Assembly (NCBI GenBank): GCA_002269645.1
Contig: NIVC01000169.1
Span: 711,308 to 775,307, forward strand
DNA length: 64,000 nucleotides
From: Macrostomum lignano
Taxonomy: Eukaryota
Direction of reading: 5' to 3'
The stretch's first letter is position 1. Each line of letters starts with the position of its first letter. A program made the position numbers and the translations under genes. Positions 37,601 to 56,246 of this stretch are shown here, one piece after another. The notes beneath the pieces are model-generated. The model did not search any database. It worked only from the letters and a program-made list of their open reading frames with translations, and was not told the origin of the DNA.

Positions 37601-40600
37601 AATCATAGAAGCGTCATTTTTTAAAAAATCATAGAAGCGTCATGTAAACAATCATAGAAGCGTCATGTAAAAAATCATAGAAGCGTCATGTAAAAAATCA
37701 TAGAAGCGTCATGTAAAAGTCATAGAAGCGTCATGAAAAAATCATAGAAGCCTCATTTAAAAAGTAATGAAAGTGTCATTTAAAATATTAAGAAGCATCA
37801 TGGTAGAATAAAAGAAGCGTCATGTCAGACATGAAGGGTGTGATGTAAAAATTAAATGAAGCTATAATGCTGTGCTGGGGAGAATTACTGAGACGTCAAG
37901 GCTCTCAGAGAATAACTGAGATTACGGGGGGGGGGGTTTCTGAGATGTCAAAGCAAAAGTCAGAGGCTACTTCAAAGTTCATGTACTTTACTCAATTTTT
38001 TATTGCATTCTTTGTTGGCTCGCCACGGGGGGGGGGCGCAGGTATAAAAAGCGTAATGTAAAAAATAAAAGAAGCTTCATGTCGAAGTTAAGAGATTCAT
38101 TTAGGAATCCCTACGATGTCGAGGCTTGCAGGGAATCGCTATAATGCTGTAGTAGTGCTATAATGACTCTCAGAGAGAATTACTGAAATTTCAATGCTTT
38201 AGGGTTAGGTTAGGGTTAGGGTTAGGGTAGGGTTAGGGTTAGGCTAGGGTTAGGGTTAGAAGGTTGACAGATATTTTTAGATTTTCAAGGCTTATTGGGG
38301 GCATTGCTGAGATGTCAAGGGGGGAAGTTGATGTGTTAAAGCTTGTGGGGGGGAATTATTGACATGTCAAGGCTTACAAGGTTTGACAGGAGATTTTTTA
38401 AGATTTCAAGGATATATGTAGCTTATTAAAAAACGTGTATTGCATTTCTTTGGCTCCCCAACGGGGGGCGTAGATTGCTAGTCCTATATACTAAAAATGT
38501 GATGTCTATATATGTGATAGATTAGAGAAAAAATGGCTGGACCGATTTTGTTCGAACTTGCACTGTTCGATCAGAAATTTTCCCGTGACTGTACATGCAT
38601 CGTGGTTAAGAAATTGCTCGATGCCAAAGGCATTAAATATTCGAAAAACATGCTTTTTTGCAAAGGTCAAGCAGCTCTTTCGACTTGAAATGCATTGTAA
38701 GAATGCTAGAGAAAAAACTGACTGGTTGAATTCTGACTCTGAAATAGATTGCATCATAACTGAATTGTAACTCCGACTTGAATTGAAAATGCAGTGTGGA
38801 AGCGTAGCACCAGACTTGATTTAAATTGCGTAACCATATTGTTAACTGATACTGACTGACTGAGAAACTGATAAATGATAAATGATAAATGATAAATGAT
38901 AAAAGCGTCATTTAAAAATCATAGAAGCGTCATATAAAAATCGTAGAAGCGTCATGTAAACAATCATAGAAGCGTCATTTAAAAAATCATACAAGCGTCA
39001 TGTAAACAATCATAGAAGCGTCATGTAAAAAATCGTAGAAGCGTCATGTAAACAATCATAGAAGCGTCATGTAAACAATCATAGAAGCGTCATGTAAACA
39101 ATCATAGAAGCGCCATGTAAAAAATCATAGAAGTGTAATGTAAAAAATCATAGAAGCGTCATGTAAACAATCATAGAAGCGTCATGTAAAAAATCATAGA
39201 AGCGCCATGTAAAAAATCATAGAAGCGTCATGTAAAAAATCATAGAAGCGTCATGTAAAAATCATAAAAGCGTCATGTAAACAATCATAGAAGCGTCATG
39301 TAAAAATCGTAGCAGCGTCATGAAAAAATCATAGAAGCGTCATGTAAGCAATCATAGAAGCGTCATGTAAACAATCATAGAAGCGTCATGTAAACAATCA
39401 TAGAAGCGTCATGTAAAAAATCATAGAAGCGTCATGTAAACAATCATAGAAGCGTCATGTAAAAATCATAGAAGCGCCATGTAAAAAATCATAGAAGCGT
39501 CATGTAAAAAATCATAGAAGCGTCATGTAAACAATCAAAGAAGCATCATGTAAAAAATCATCGAAGCCTCATTTAAAAAATCATAGAAGCGTCATTTAAA
39601 AAATCATAGAAGCGTCATGTAAAAATCATAAAAGCGTCATGTAAACAATCATAGAAGCGTCATGTAAAAATCATAGAAGCGTCATTTTTTAAAAAATCAT
39701 AGAAGCGTCATGTAAACGATCATAGAAGCGTCTTGTAAACAATCAGAGAAGCGCCATGTAAAAAATCATAGAAGCGTCATTTAAAAAATCATAGAAGCGT
39801 CATGTAAACAATCATAGAAGCGTCATGTAAAAAATCATAGAAGCGCCATGTAAAAAATCATAGAAGCGTCATTTTTAAAAAAATCATAGAAGCGTCATGT
39901 AAAAATCATAAAAGCGTCATGTAAACAATCATAGAAGCGTCATGTAAAAATCGTAGCAGCGTCATGAAAAAATCATAGAAGCGTCATGTAAGCAATCATA
40001 GAAGCGTCATGTAAACAATCATAGAAGCGTCATGTAAACAATCATAGAAGCGTCATGTAAAAAATCATAGAAGCGTCATGTAAACAATCATAGAAGCGTC
40101 ATGTAAACAATCATAGAAGCGCCATGTAAAAAATCGTAGAAGCGTTATATAAAAATCATAGAAGCGTCATTTTTTAAAAAATCATAGAAGCGTCATGTAA
40201 ACAATCATAGAAGCGTCATGTAAAAAATCATAGAAGCGTCATGTAAAAAATCATAGAAGCGTCATGTAAAAAATCATAGAAGCGTCATGTAAAAAGTCAT
40301 AGAAGCGTCATGTAAAAGTCATAGAAGCGTCATGAAAAAATCATAGAAGCCTCATTTAAAAAGTAATGAAAGTGTCATTTAAAATATTAAGAAGCATCAT
40401 GGTAGAATAAAAGAAGCGTCATGTCAGACATGAAGGGTGTGATGTAAAAATTAAATGAAGCTATAATGCTGTGCTGGGGAGAATTACTGAGACGTCAAGG
40501 CTCTCAGAGAATAACTGAGATTACGGGGGGGGGGTTTCTGAGATGTCAAAGCAAAAGTCAGAGGCTACTTCAAAGTTCATGTACTTTACTCAATTTTTTA

Positions 40601-43600
40601 TTGCATTCTTTGTTGGACTTTGTTGGCTCGCCACGGGGGGCGCAGGTATAAAAAGCGTAATGTAAAAAATAAAAGAAGCTTCATGTCGAAGTTAAGAGAT
40701 TCATTTAGGAATCCCTACGATGTCGAGGCTTGCAGGGAATCGCTATAATGCTGTAGTAGTGCTATAATGACTCTCAGAGAGAATTACTGAAATTTCAATG
40801 CTTTAGGGTTAGGTTAGGGTTAGGGTTAGGGTAGGGTTAGGGTTAGGCTAGGGTTAGGGTTAGAAGGTTGACAGATATTTTTAGATTTTCAAGGCTTATT
40901 GGGGGCATTGCTGAGATGTCAAGGGGGAAGTTGATGTGTTAAAGCTTGTGGGGGGGAATTATTGACATGTCAAGGCTTACAAGGTTTGACAGGAGATTTT
41001 TTAAGATTTCAAGGATATATGTAGCTTATTAAAAAACGTGTATTGCATTTCTTTGGCTCCCCAACGGGGGGCGTAGATTGCTAGTCCCATATACTAAAAA
41101 TGAGTTGTCTGTATGTGGGTAGGTATGCGATAGATTTTAGAAAAAACGGCTCAACCGATTTTCTTCAAACTTGCACCATTTGATCAGAAATTTTCCTGGG
41201 ACGGTACATGCATCTTGGCTAAGAAGTTGCTCAATATTAAAGGGATTAAATATTCGAAAAACATGCTTTTTTGCAAAGGTCAAGCAGCTCTTTCGACCTG
41301 AAATGCATTGTAAGAATGCTAGAGAAAAAACTGACTGACTGAATTCCAATTGTGATAAGGATTACATCACAACCAGTGCCGAAGAAATGCACACAAGACT
41401 TGATTAAAATTGCGTAACCATATTGCTAACTTAAATTGAGACTGATACTGGCTGACTGAGAAATTGATTATGTCATAACTTTTTACTCTTACCGATTTGC
41501 TATAAGAATTTAATTATAAGTGCCACAATTCATGTTCTCCAATTGACAAGAGATAGCATAGATGCGAACAGACTGGACTGCTGATGCAGCGACCTGGGTT
41601 CGAATCTTAGTAGTGCAAAAAGATTTTTTTATTCAAAAACCTTAAAAACACAAAATGCTAAACACAAAAATGCACAATGTCAAACATTAAAGAGCCACCA
41701 TGTCGAACATTAAAGAGCCACCATGTCGAACATTAAAGAGCCACAATGTCGAACATTAAAAGAGCCACCATGTCGAACATTAAAAGAGCCACCATGTCGA
41801 ACATACAAGAGCCACCATGTCAAACATTAAAGAGCCACCATGAAGAACATTAAAGAGCCACAATGTCGAACATTAAAAAGCCACCCCGTCAAACATAAAA
41901 GAGCCACCATGTCAAGCATAAAAGAGCCACCATGTCGAACATAAAAGAACCACCATGTCAAACATAAAAGAGCCACCATGTCAAATATGAAAAAGCCACC
42001 ATGTCGAACATTAAAGAGCCACCATGTCAAACATTTATGAGCCACAATGTCAAACATTAAAGAGCCACCATGTCAAATATTAAAGAGCCACCATTTCAAA
42101 CATTAAAGAGCCATCATTACAGACATTAAGGTGCCCCAGGTCAAACATAAAAGGACCAACATGTCAAACATTAAAGAGCCACCATGTCAAGCATAAAAGG
42201 ACCACCATGTCGAACATTAAAGAGCCACCATGTCAAAAATTAAAGAGCCACCATGTCTAACATTATAGAGCCACCATGTCGAACATTAAAGAGCCACCAC
42301 GTCAAACATCAAAGGGCCACCATGTCAAACATAAAAGAGCCACCATGTTAAACATAAAAGAGCCATCATGTCAAACATAAAAGAGCCACCATGTCAAACA
42401 TAAAAGGACCACCATGTCAAACATTAAAGAGGCACCATGTCGAACATTAAAAAGCCACCATGTCGAACATTAAAGAGCCACCATGTCAAAAATTAAACAG
42501 CCACCGTGTTTAACATTAAAGAGCCACCATGTCGAACATTAAAGAGGCACCATGTCGAAAATTAAAAAGCCACCATGTCAAACATTATAGAGCCACCATG
42601 TCGAACATTAAAGAGCCACCATGTCAAACATAAAAGAGCCATCATGTCAAACATTAAAGAGCCACCATGTCAAACATAAAAGAGCCAACATGTCAAACAT
42701 TAAAGAGCCACAATGTGAAACATTAAAGAGTCACCATGTCAAGTATATTCGTGACTCCATGTCAAACATCAGAGAGCCATCATGCCAAACATTAAAGAGC
42801 CACCATGTTGAAAATAAAAAGCCACCATTTAGAACATTAAAGAGCCACCATGTAGAACATAAAAGAGCCACCATGTCAAACATTAAAGAGCCACCATGTC
42901 AAACATTAAAGAGCCACCATGTAGAACATAAAAGAGCCACCATGTCAAACATTAAAGAGCCACCATGTCAAACATTAAAGAGCCACCATGTAGAACATAA
43001 AAGAGCCACCATGTCAAACATAAAAGAGCCACGATGTCAAACATAAAAGAGCCACGATGTCAAACATAAAAGATACACAATTTCAAACGTAAAAGTAAGC
43101 GTCATGCCAATTTTAAAGGAGTCACTATAGAGCTAAGGAAATTGTTGCACTAGCTACTTATTGTCTGGTGGATGCTTACTATTTGGGGATGCTTGCTATC
43201 TGGGGGATGCTTGCTATCCGGGAGGGGGGATGCTTCCTATCTGGTGGATGCTAGCTATCTGGGGGACGCTTGCTATTTGGGGGATGCTTGCTATCCGGGG
43301 GATGCTTGCAATCTGGGGGATGCTTGCTGTCTTGGGATGATTTCTTTTTGCATTACACTTTATTTGAGCAGTTTGTCTGCTGTCTTTGTGAAGGCTTTAT
43401 TTGGCTGTCTTTTTGTTACTTGTAGAGAACAGAGATTCTATCCAGATGTCCCCCAACGGGGGGCGAAGATTGCTAGTATTATTACTAATTTTTACACAGG
43501 GATCAGTGGCGTACGCAGGACTTTCCATTGGGAGGGGGCCGCGCGGCCCCCTGCCCCCCTGCGTACGCCACTGTAGAGGATCGGTGTAACCTAAGTTCTA

Positions 43601-44394
43601 TAAAATAAATAATTGATCTTGTAGTGTGCGTGCGTACGCACCGTTATTGTGGGCCAGTGCACACATGATTAGGGCTGTCTGATTAGTTACGGAGTGGGGG
43701 TGGGTGTCGCCAACCCCATTTAACCAAGTCAAGTCATAATAATATAAAGTCTGATGAGATGAGATGGATGAGTACGCGCCCTGAGAGGCGTTGAGTACCA
43801 GTTTCGCTGCACGCCAAAATATTGCCTGTTTTAGTTGTAGCAAATCCTATACTATCCTGTCAATTATGGTAGTTAGACCCATCCGCTGTAACATTAATGA
43901 CAAGACTATCCACCAGATCCGAATGTTACACACGTGTCACTAGGGCTCACAAATTCCCGGGATCCCAGGGGTTAATCCCGGGATATCACTGAAAAAGCGT
44001 CGAGTCCCAGTATGTCACTCTTCATCCGACAGCTCATTCGATTCAAATGGTACCTTTGATTTGCTATTATTGGAAAATGAAATACTTTCATAGAAAAATG
44101 GTGGCAAACAACAAAAATCCTCCTTAACTCCGAACTCAATTTGACAGACTGACTCGAATTCGCGACCTCAGCCAGAGCGGCTTAAGCGCCAACGAGATTC
44201 GCTTGGTCACCGGTCTGAAGTGTAGCAAGAGTGTTAGACGCTGTCTGAAATGGAGCTCCGCCGATGCTGCCGTGACTGCCGCATCTCCCTCCTCCGCTGC
44301 TAACGCCGTCGAGGACATCCCAGTTGACGATTTTGGCGAGGAATTTCAAGCGGGAATTGGAATGGAATTTCAAACTGACTTTGAGATGGAGTGA
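28621..44394 (+). CDS. DUF3504 / CryptonA-derived tyrosine-recombinase-fold protein (KIAA1958/KCTD1/ZMYM-type domain), 2 coding exons across a 14.6-kb intron
   Basis: Exon 28621-29549 ends NHCI-CG|GTGAGA. Exon 44148-44394 starts TTGACAG|A CTG ACT, giving NHCIRLTRIRDLSQSGLSANEIRLVTGLKCSKSVRRC. The N-part LRTKQDKLYSPSSLICIRAGIQRYF matches the family signature. The 5' end is uncertain. Confidence 0.8.
30745..31255. repeat. Helitron-internal satellite A (22-23 bp); also at ~35065-35265 and ~41680-43070
   Basis: Unit AGAAGAGCCACCATGTCAAACAT. Confidence 0.93.
32820..33760. repeat. Helitron-internal satellite B (23 bp); also at ~36835-37760 and ~38900-40340
   Basis: Unit AGAAGCGTCATGTAAAAAATCAT. 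Confidence 0.93.
34191..34251 (+). repeat. Interstitial degenerate (TTAGGG)n tract; copies at 38199-38259 and 40803-40863
   Basis: About 10 telomeric-type hexamers with the same variant pattern in all three copies. Confidence 0.9.
43504..43573. mobile_element. 70-bp MITE-like element
   Basis: Perfect 15-bp terminal inverted repeats CAGTGGCGTACGCAG / CTGCGTACGCCACTG. No clear TSD. Confidence 0.6.
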
Positions 44395-44761
44395 ATGACT
44401 GGATGATGAGACTCAGAGACCTGGTTTCCTCGTTTTTTATTGAGTTTTTAAACTTCAAGTTACGTAGGTCGGCTTGTTAAAGGCTACTTTAGTGCATACA
44501 TGTAGTATTCAGTAGTATCAGTAGGTTTTTTCACATTTCTCTTATCAAATGCTGAAGCTTGGTAAAATTTTTATATTACTCTACAGTCTAAAATTAATTA
44601 ATTAACCTTTCAAAGACACGCCGTTGAAGTGGTTATTGTTAAAATATATACTGTTTGTTTATTTGTAATCTGTTTCGTTAAAATATAAAATGATATTTAA
44701 TACTCTTAGTTTTAAAAACAGGTTGTGCTACCGAAAGATCTACGTAGATTTAATAGGAGTA

Positions 44762-44900
44762 GATGTGTTTCGGGCTTTGGATGTGTTTCAGGCTCTTTAG
44801 ACGCCTTTCAGGATCTAGAGAGCCTGAAGCATATCTAGAGAGCCTGAAACACATCTAGAGACTTTGAAACCCGTCTAGAGATTCCTGAAAGCGTCCAGAG
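44762..44900. repeat. Fold-back made of ~20-bp units in opposite orientations
   Basis: GATGTGTTTCAGGCTCT (44780-44796) is the exact reverse complement of 44839-44855. Confidence 0.8.
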
Positions 44901-45884
44901 GCCACAAAGCTTAAGATAAAGGTATTTATTTATTCTATAATATGTTACCATTTTGACAATCCTTTTTTCTTATCATTATAAGATTTACTATAAGATCCGC
45001 ATCACAAATTTTTTTCCTCGCTACTCACAAGTAATATAAAAAGCGACTACGACATCTCAAAATATGTTTAAACTTATTCAACCACAGGTCCACAACCGGA
45101 AAGAACCGATGTCCAATCGGTATTTTTTATACGCCTTTCTTTCTTTCTTTAGCCATGCCCACCAATGGTTGCGGGCAAGCCTAAAATGCTCGTGGCTTGA
45201 CGTTGGCAAGATGGCTGCAAAGCTATTGGCTATTGCTATATACACGATTAGCTCGCACAGGGAATATATCGGGTTTAGCCTTAGGGGGTAAGCAAACCTA
45301 TAGCTTCGACTTCAAGCTCCCTTCCTAACCCCTCTTTTTAGAACGTTTTTCTATAGCTTAGCTATCCGTGCACATATGGCATCACACCGTGTGTGTACAC
45401 TTGGAAACTGTTTTTCGGGAGACACTGTAGCTACCTACACAAACACAACGCACTGCAGACGTACAGAGATCTTGTGTTTGAAATTGGAAACTTCACGCTG
45501 TACTGCACGTTAATCTAATTTTCATATTTGTTAGTATTTTCAAAACTACACATTTATATGACCGCATAAACCTTCGTCTGCATTCTGCGAGATGGTCGGG
45601 AATCAGGTATGAACTATTACTCATTGACTTATTTATAAAGTGTGTCAATCTGTATATGAATCATCGTGAATGTACTTTATTTAAAGTACATAATGCAAAT
45701 ATAGTTGAATCCTTAGATAAGATGAATGATTCAAATACATATTGCATTAATAGTCACTGAAAATGTCTGGTCATCGAATCAGTCTGGTCATTGAAGTATT
45801 CTGGACATTAAGGTATTCTGATCATATAGATAGATGATCTAATCATTTTAAAATAAATCTGGTCATAGACAAGAATCTGGTCAT

Positions 45885-46010
45885 AGATAAGACTCTAGTC
45901 ACTGAAACCATATTCTGGTGATTGAAGCCATATTCTGGTCATTGAAACCATACTCTGGTAATTGAAACCATATTCTGGTCATTGAAACCATACTCTGGTC
46001 ATTGAAACGC
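45885..46010. repeat. 20-bp minisatellite (~6 copies)
   Basis: Unit TATTCTGGTCATTGAAACCA. Confidence 0.85.
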
Positions 46011-46227
46011 AGTTAATCCGTTCAATACATCCTAGAAATCTCCCATATGTTCATATTTCAAACATTGATAAGCATTAAAAAGCAGCATACATGAGTTTAA
46101 AGTCGTTATCTAAGTTAAAAATTAATATTGTAAAAATGGAACTGCCCACACAAAATTTTAAAACTATTTATGCTTAAAAAATCATTCAGTATGCTACAGA
46201 ATCGTTCCGGCTATTTTAGATCCAGTT

Positions 46228-48700
46228 TTGGCGCTGTTGGAGATGGCGCTATTAGATTTGGCGCTATTAGATTTGGCGATATTAGATTTGGCGCTATTAG
46301 ATTTGGCGCTATTAGATTTGGCGCTATTAGATTTGGTGCTATTAGATATGGCGCTATTAGATTTGGCGCTATTAGATTTGGCGCTATTAGATATGGCGCT
46401 ATTAGATTTGGCGCTATTAGATATGGCGCTATTAGATTTGGCGCTATTAGATTTGGCGCTATTAGATATGGCGCTATTAGATTTGGCGCTATTAGATTTG
46501 GCGCTATTAGATATGGCGCTATTAGATTTGGCGCTATTAGATTTGGCGCTATTAGATATGGCGCTATTAGATTTGGCGCTATTAGATTTGGCGCTTTTAG
46601 ATTTGGTGCTATTAGATTTGGCGCTATTAGATCTGGCGCTATTAGAATGATGCTATTAGATCTGGCGCTATTAGATTTGGCGCTATTAGATTTGGTGCTA
46701 TTAGATATGGCGCTATTAGATTTGGCGCCAATAGATCTGGCGCTATAGATATGGCGCTATTAGATCTGGCGCTATTAGATTTGGCGCCAATAGATCTGGG
46801 GTTGTTAGATTTGGCGCTACTAGATTTGGTGCTATTAGATTTGGCCCTATTAGATATGGCGCTATTAGATTTGGCGCCAATAGATCTGGCGCTATAGATA
46901 TGGCGCTATTAGATCTGGCGCTATTAGATTTGGCGCCAATAGATCTGGGGTTGCTAGATTTGGCGCTACTAGATTTGGTGCTATTAGATTTGGCGCAATT
47001 AGATATGGCGCTATTAGATCTGGCGCTATTAGATTTGGCGCTATTAGATTTGGCGCTATTAGATATGGCGCTATTAAATATGGCGCTATTAGATCTGGCG
47101 CTATTAGATTTGGCGCTATTAGATTTGGCGCTATTAGATTTGGCGCTATTAGATATGGCGCTATTAAATATGGCGCTATTAGATTTAGCGCTATTAGATT
47201 TGGCGCTTTTAGATTTGGCGCTATTAGATATGGCGCTATTAGACATGGCGCTATTAGATTTGGCGCTTTTAGATATGGCGCTATTAGATTTGGCGCTATT
47301 AGATTTGGCGCTATTAGATTTGGCGCTATTAGATTTGGCGCTATTAGATATGGCGCTATTAGACATGGCGCTATTAGATTTGGCGCTATTAGATATGGCG
47401 CTATTAGATTTGGCGCTATTAGATTTGGCGCTATTAGATTTGGCGCTATTAGATATGGCGCTATTAGACATGGCGCTATTAGATTTGGCGCTTTTAGATT
47501 TGGCGCTATTAGATATGGCGCTATTAGATTTGGCGCTATTAGATTTGGTGCTATTAGATTTGGCGCTATTAGATTTGGCGCTATTAGATATGGCGCTATT
47601 AGACATGGCGCTATTAGATTTGGCGCTTTTAGATTTGGCGCTATTAGATATGGCGCTATTAGATTTGGCGCTATTAGATTTGGTGCTATTAGATTTGGCG
47701 CTATTAGATTTGGCGCTATTAGATTTGGCGCTATTAGATTTGGCCCTATTAGATATGGCGCTATTAGATTTGGCGCCAATAGATCTGGCGCTATAGATAT
47801 GGCGCTATTAGATCTGGCGCTATTAGATTTGGCGCCAATAGATCTGGGGTTGCTAGATTTGGCGCTATTAGATTTGGCGCTATTAGATTTGGCCCTATTA
47901 GATATGGCGCTATTAGATTTGGCGCCAATAGATCTGGCGCTATAGATATGGCGCTATTAGATCTGGCGCTATTAGATTTGGCGCCAATAGATTTGGCGCT
48001 ATTAGATTTGGCGCTATTAGATCTGGCGCTATTAGATTTGGCGCTTTTAGATTTGGCGCTATTAGATATGGCGCTATTAGATTTGGCGCTATTAGATTTG
48101 GTGCTATTAGATTTGGCGCTATTAGATATGGCGCTATTAAATTTGGCGCTATTAGATTTGGCGCTATTAAATATGGCGCTATTGGCGCTATTAGATTTGG
48201 CGCTTTTAGATTTGGCGCCATTAGATATGGCGCTATTAGATTTGGCGCTATTAGATTTGGTGCTATTAGATTTGGCGCTATTAGATATGGCGCTATTAGA
48301 TTTGGCGCTATTAGATTTGGCGCTATTAAATATGGCGCTATTGGCGCTATTAGATTTGGCGCTATTAGATCTGGGGTTGTTAGATTTGGCGCTATTAGAT
48401 TTGGTGCTATTAGATTTGGCCCTATTAGATATGGCGCTATTAGATTTGGCGCCAATAGATCTGGCGCTATTAGATTTGGCGCTATTAGATTTGGTGCTAT
48501 TAGATTTGGTGCTATTAGATTCGGCGCTATTAGATTTTGTGCTATAGATTTGGCCCTATTAGATATGGCGCTATTAGATTTGGTGCTATTAGATTTGGTG
48601 CTATTAGATTCGGCGCTATTAGATTTGGTGCTATTAGATTTGGCGCTATTTGATTTTGTGCTATAGATTTGGCGCTAAAAGATCTAGCGCTATTAGATTC
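46228..48700. repeat. 15-bp satellite (~165 copies) with higher-order blocks
   Basis: Unit GGCGCTATTAGATTT. The variant block ATAGATATGGCGC...GCCAATAGATCTGG recurs at ~46744, ~46893, ~47791 and ~47941. Confidence 0.97.
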
Positions 48701-49121
48701 GGCGCCGTTATCTGCAACAACTGACATAGGCTAGGCTAATGCAATGCCCATCAAACACTTCAAGCTATATTAGCGCGGTGACTCATCAATGTTTCTTTTT
48801 TCATTGTTGCTCATCTTTCAAAACACCGCTTATTCCAGCCGTCTTTTCATCAACCCCCACTTTCAACCTGGCCAATTAAAGCAGTTAAAGGCAATGAAAT
48901 GATAACCATATGTGGCACAAAGTAAACACTGCCAAAGCCCGAACGCTAGGGGTTTAGGACGCAAGTAGAAGCCTCGACAGCAAAGGCCATTAAAACTGCA
49001 ACAGCCATCCGAGCTAAAATTGACTTCGCCAGAAAAAAATCTTCTCTTGAACTCTGCAGCGCCAGCGTCTCTGTGTTGATTTTTGTTTCGCCACCCTTTT
49101 CTGCAGATCGACGCTAGCGGC

Positions 49122-54854
<5,733 letters not shown>

Positions 54855-54860
54855 AATCCA

Positions 54861-55345
<485 letters not shown>

Positions 55346-56020
55346 TCCTGCTGAAGTCCGCTATTAAATGAGGCTTGCTCCAGAGCTTATATTTCACTGA
55401 TGTTAGATTTCCACAGTTTTACCAGCAAATGTAATTTGGTAGTTAAAAATTTCTGCAATTATTATACATTGTGTAATTATATTGTGAGCTTTCATTTCGG
55501 CACTGACGCTCTGAGTTAAAAGAATCACATGTATATTGTTTTCATACACAAAAATTAAAGGTAATTGTCGCTTTGTGATTTTATTATCCATTATGTACAG
55601 TTTTTAATCGAAGTTTTCAAAGTACATAGGGTGAAGTTCAAGCAGCTCATTGAAATGTACATACAAATAATTTTTACTGCAGAATAGCAATGAAAAATAT
55701 GCGCTAACAGGATTGTATCTAAATAAATATACAATGATTTCAAGCGAGATAGGGACACAAAGGGAAATAATATTAACTGACATCAATCCAACTGCACTAC
55801 TGACAACAATCAAATTCAGTAGCCACAACGAAATATTTTGCTCAAAGTTGCGACAATTCATCAAGTTTTGTCGTTTCCCGATAAAACAGGGTCGCAACTT
55901 GAATTAAGATTTGCCTAATTGCAAACAACTAATTGCTGTGGCGCAACGGGACAGTATTTCTCAGAAAATAAATAACAAATTTTAATACTTTAGTCCGACA
56001 AAGAGACTTGATAGAGAATT

Positions 56021-56211
56021 CTACTCAAACTCATTAGCTGATTTCAGCAGCTCATCGCACTCATCAATTACAGCAGTTAGTTGAAGACTGGCTCCCAGAT
56101 GGTCTGTTCCTCCTAGAAGACTGCTATTGCTGCTGCTGCCGCTGCTGATGTTGCCCTCATCGTAGCAATATCCTCCACTCAGAGGGTGATGCGATGGGTA
56201 GTGCAGCGACA

Positions 56212-56246
<35 letters not shown>

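Larger units (their letters stand above)
30185..43476 (+). mobile_element. Head-to-tail array of non-autonomous Helitron-like elements
   Basis: Repeated 5' ends TC(C)YATATACTAAAAATG. 3' ends have a CCCC-N3-GGGG hairpin followed by CTAG. Direct CTAG|TC junctions at 32221/2, 34472/3, 36228/9, 38481/2 and 41084/5; final CTAG|T at 43476. No Rep/helicase ORF. Confidence 0.75.

Noticed and set aside
34191-40863. Chromosome end or telomere fusion
   Set aside because: The tracts are about 60 bp, degenerate, and embedded at the same position in repeated units.
46170-48727. LALLD / NLIAP / SNSAK repeat-protein ORFs resembling pentapeptide-repeat proteins
   Set aside because: They arise from a 15-bp satellite that is open in several frames on both strands, with 14-bp units causing frameshifts and no unique coding flanks.
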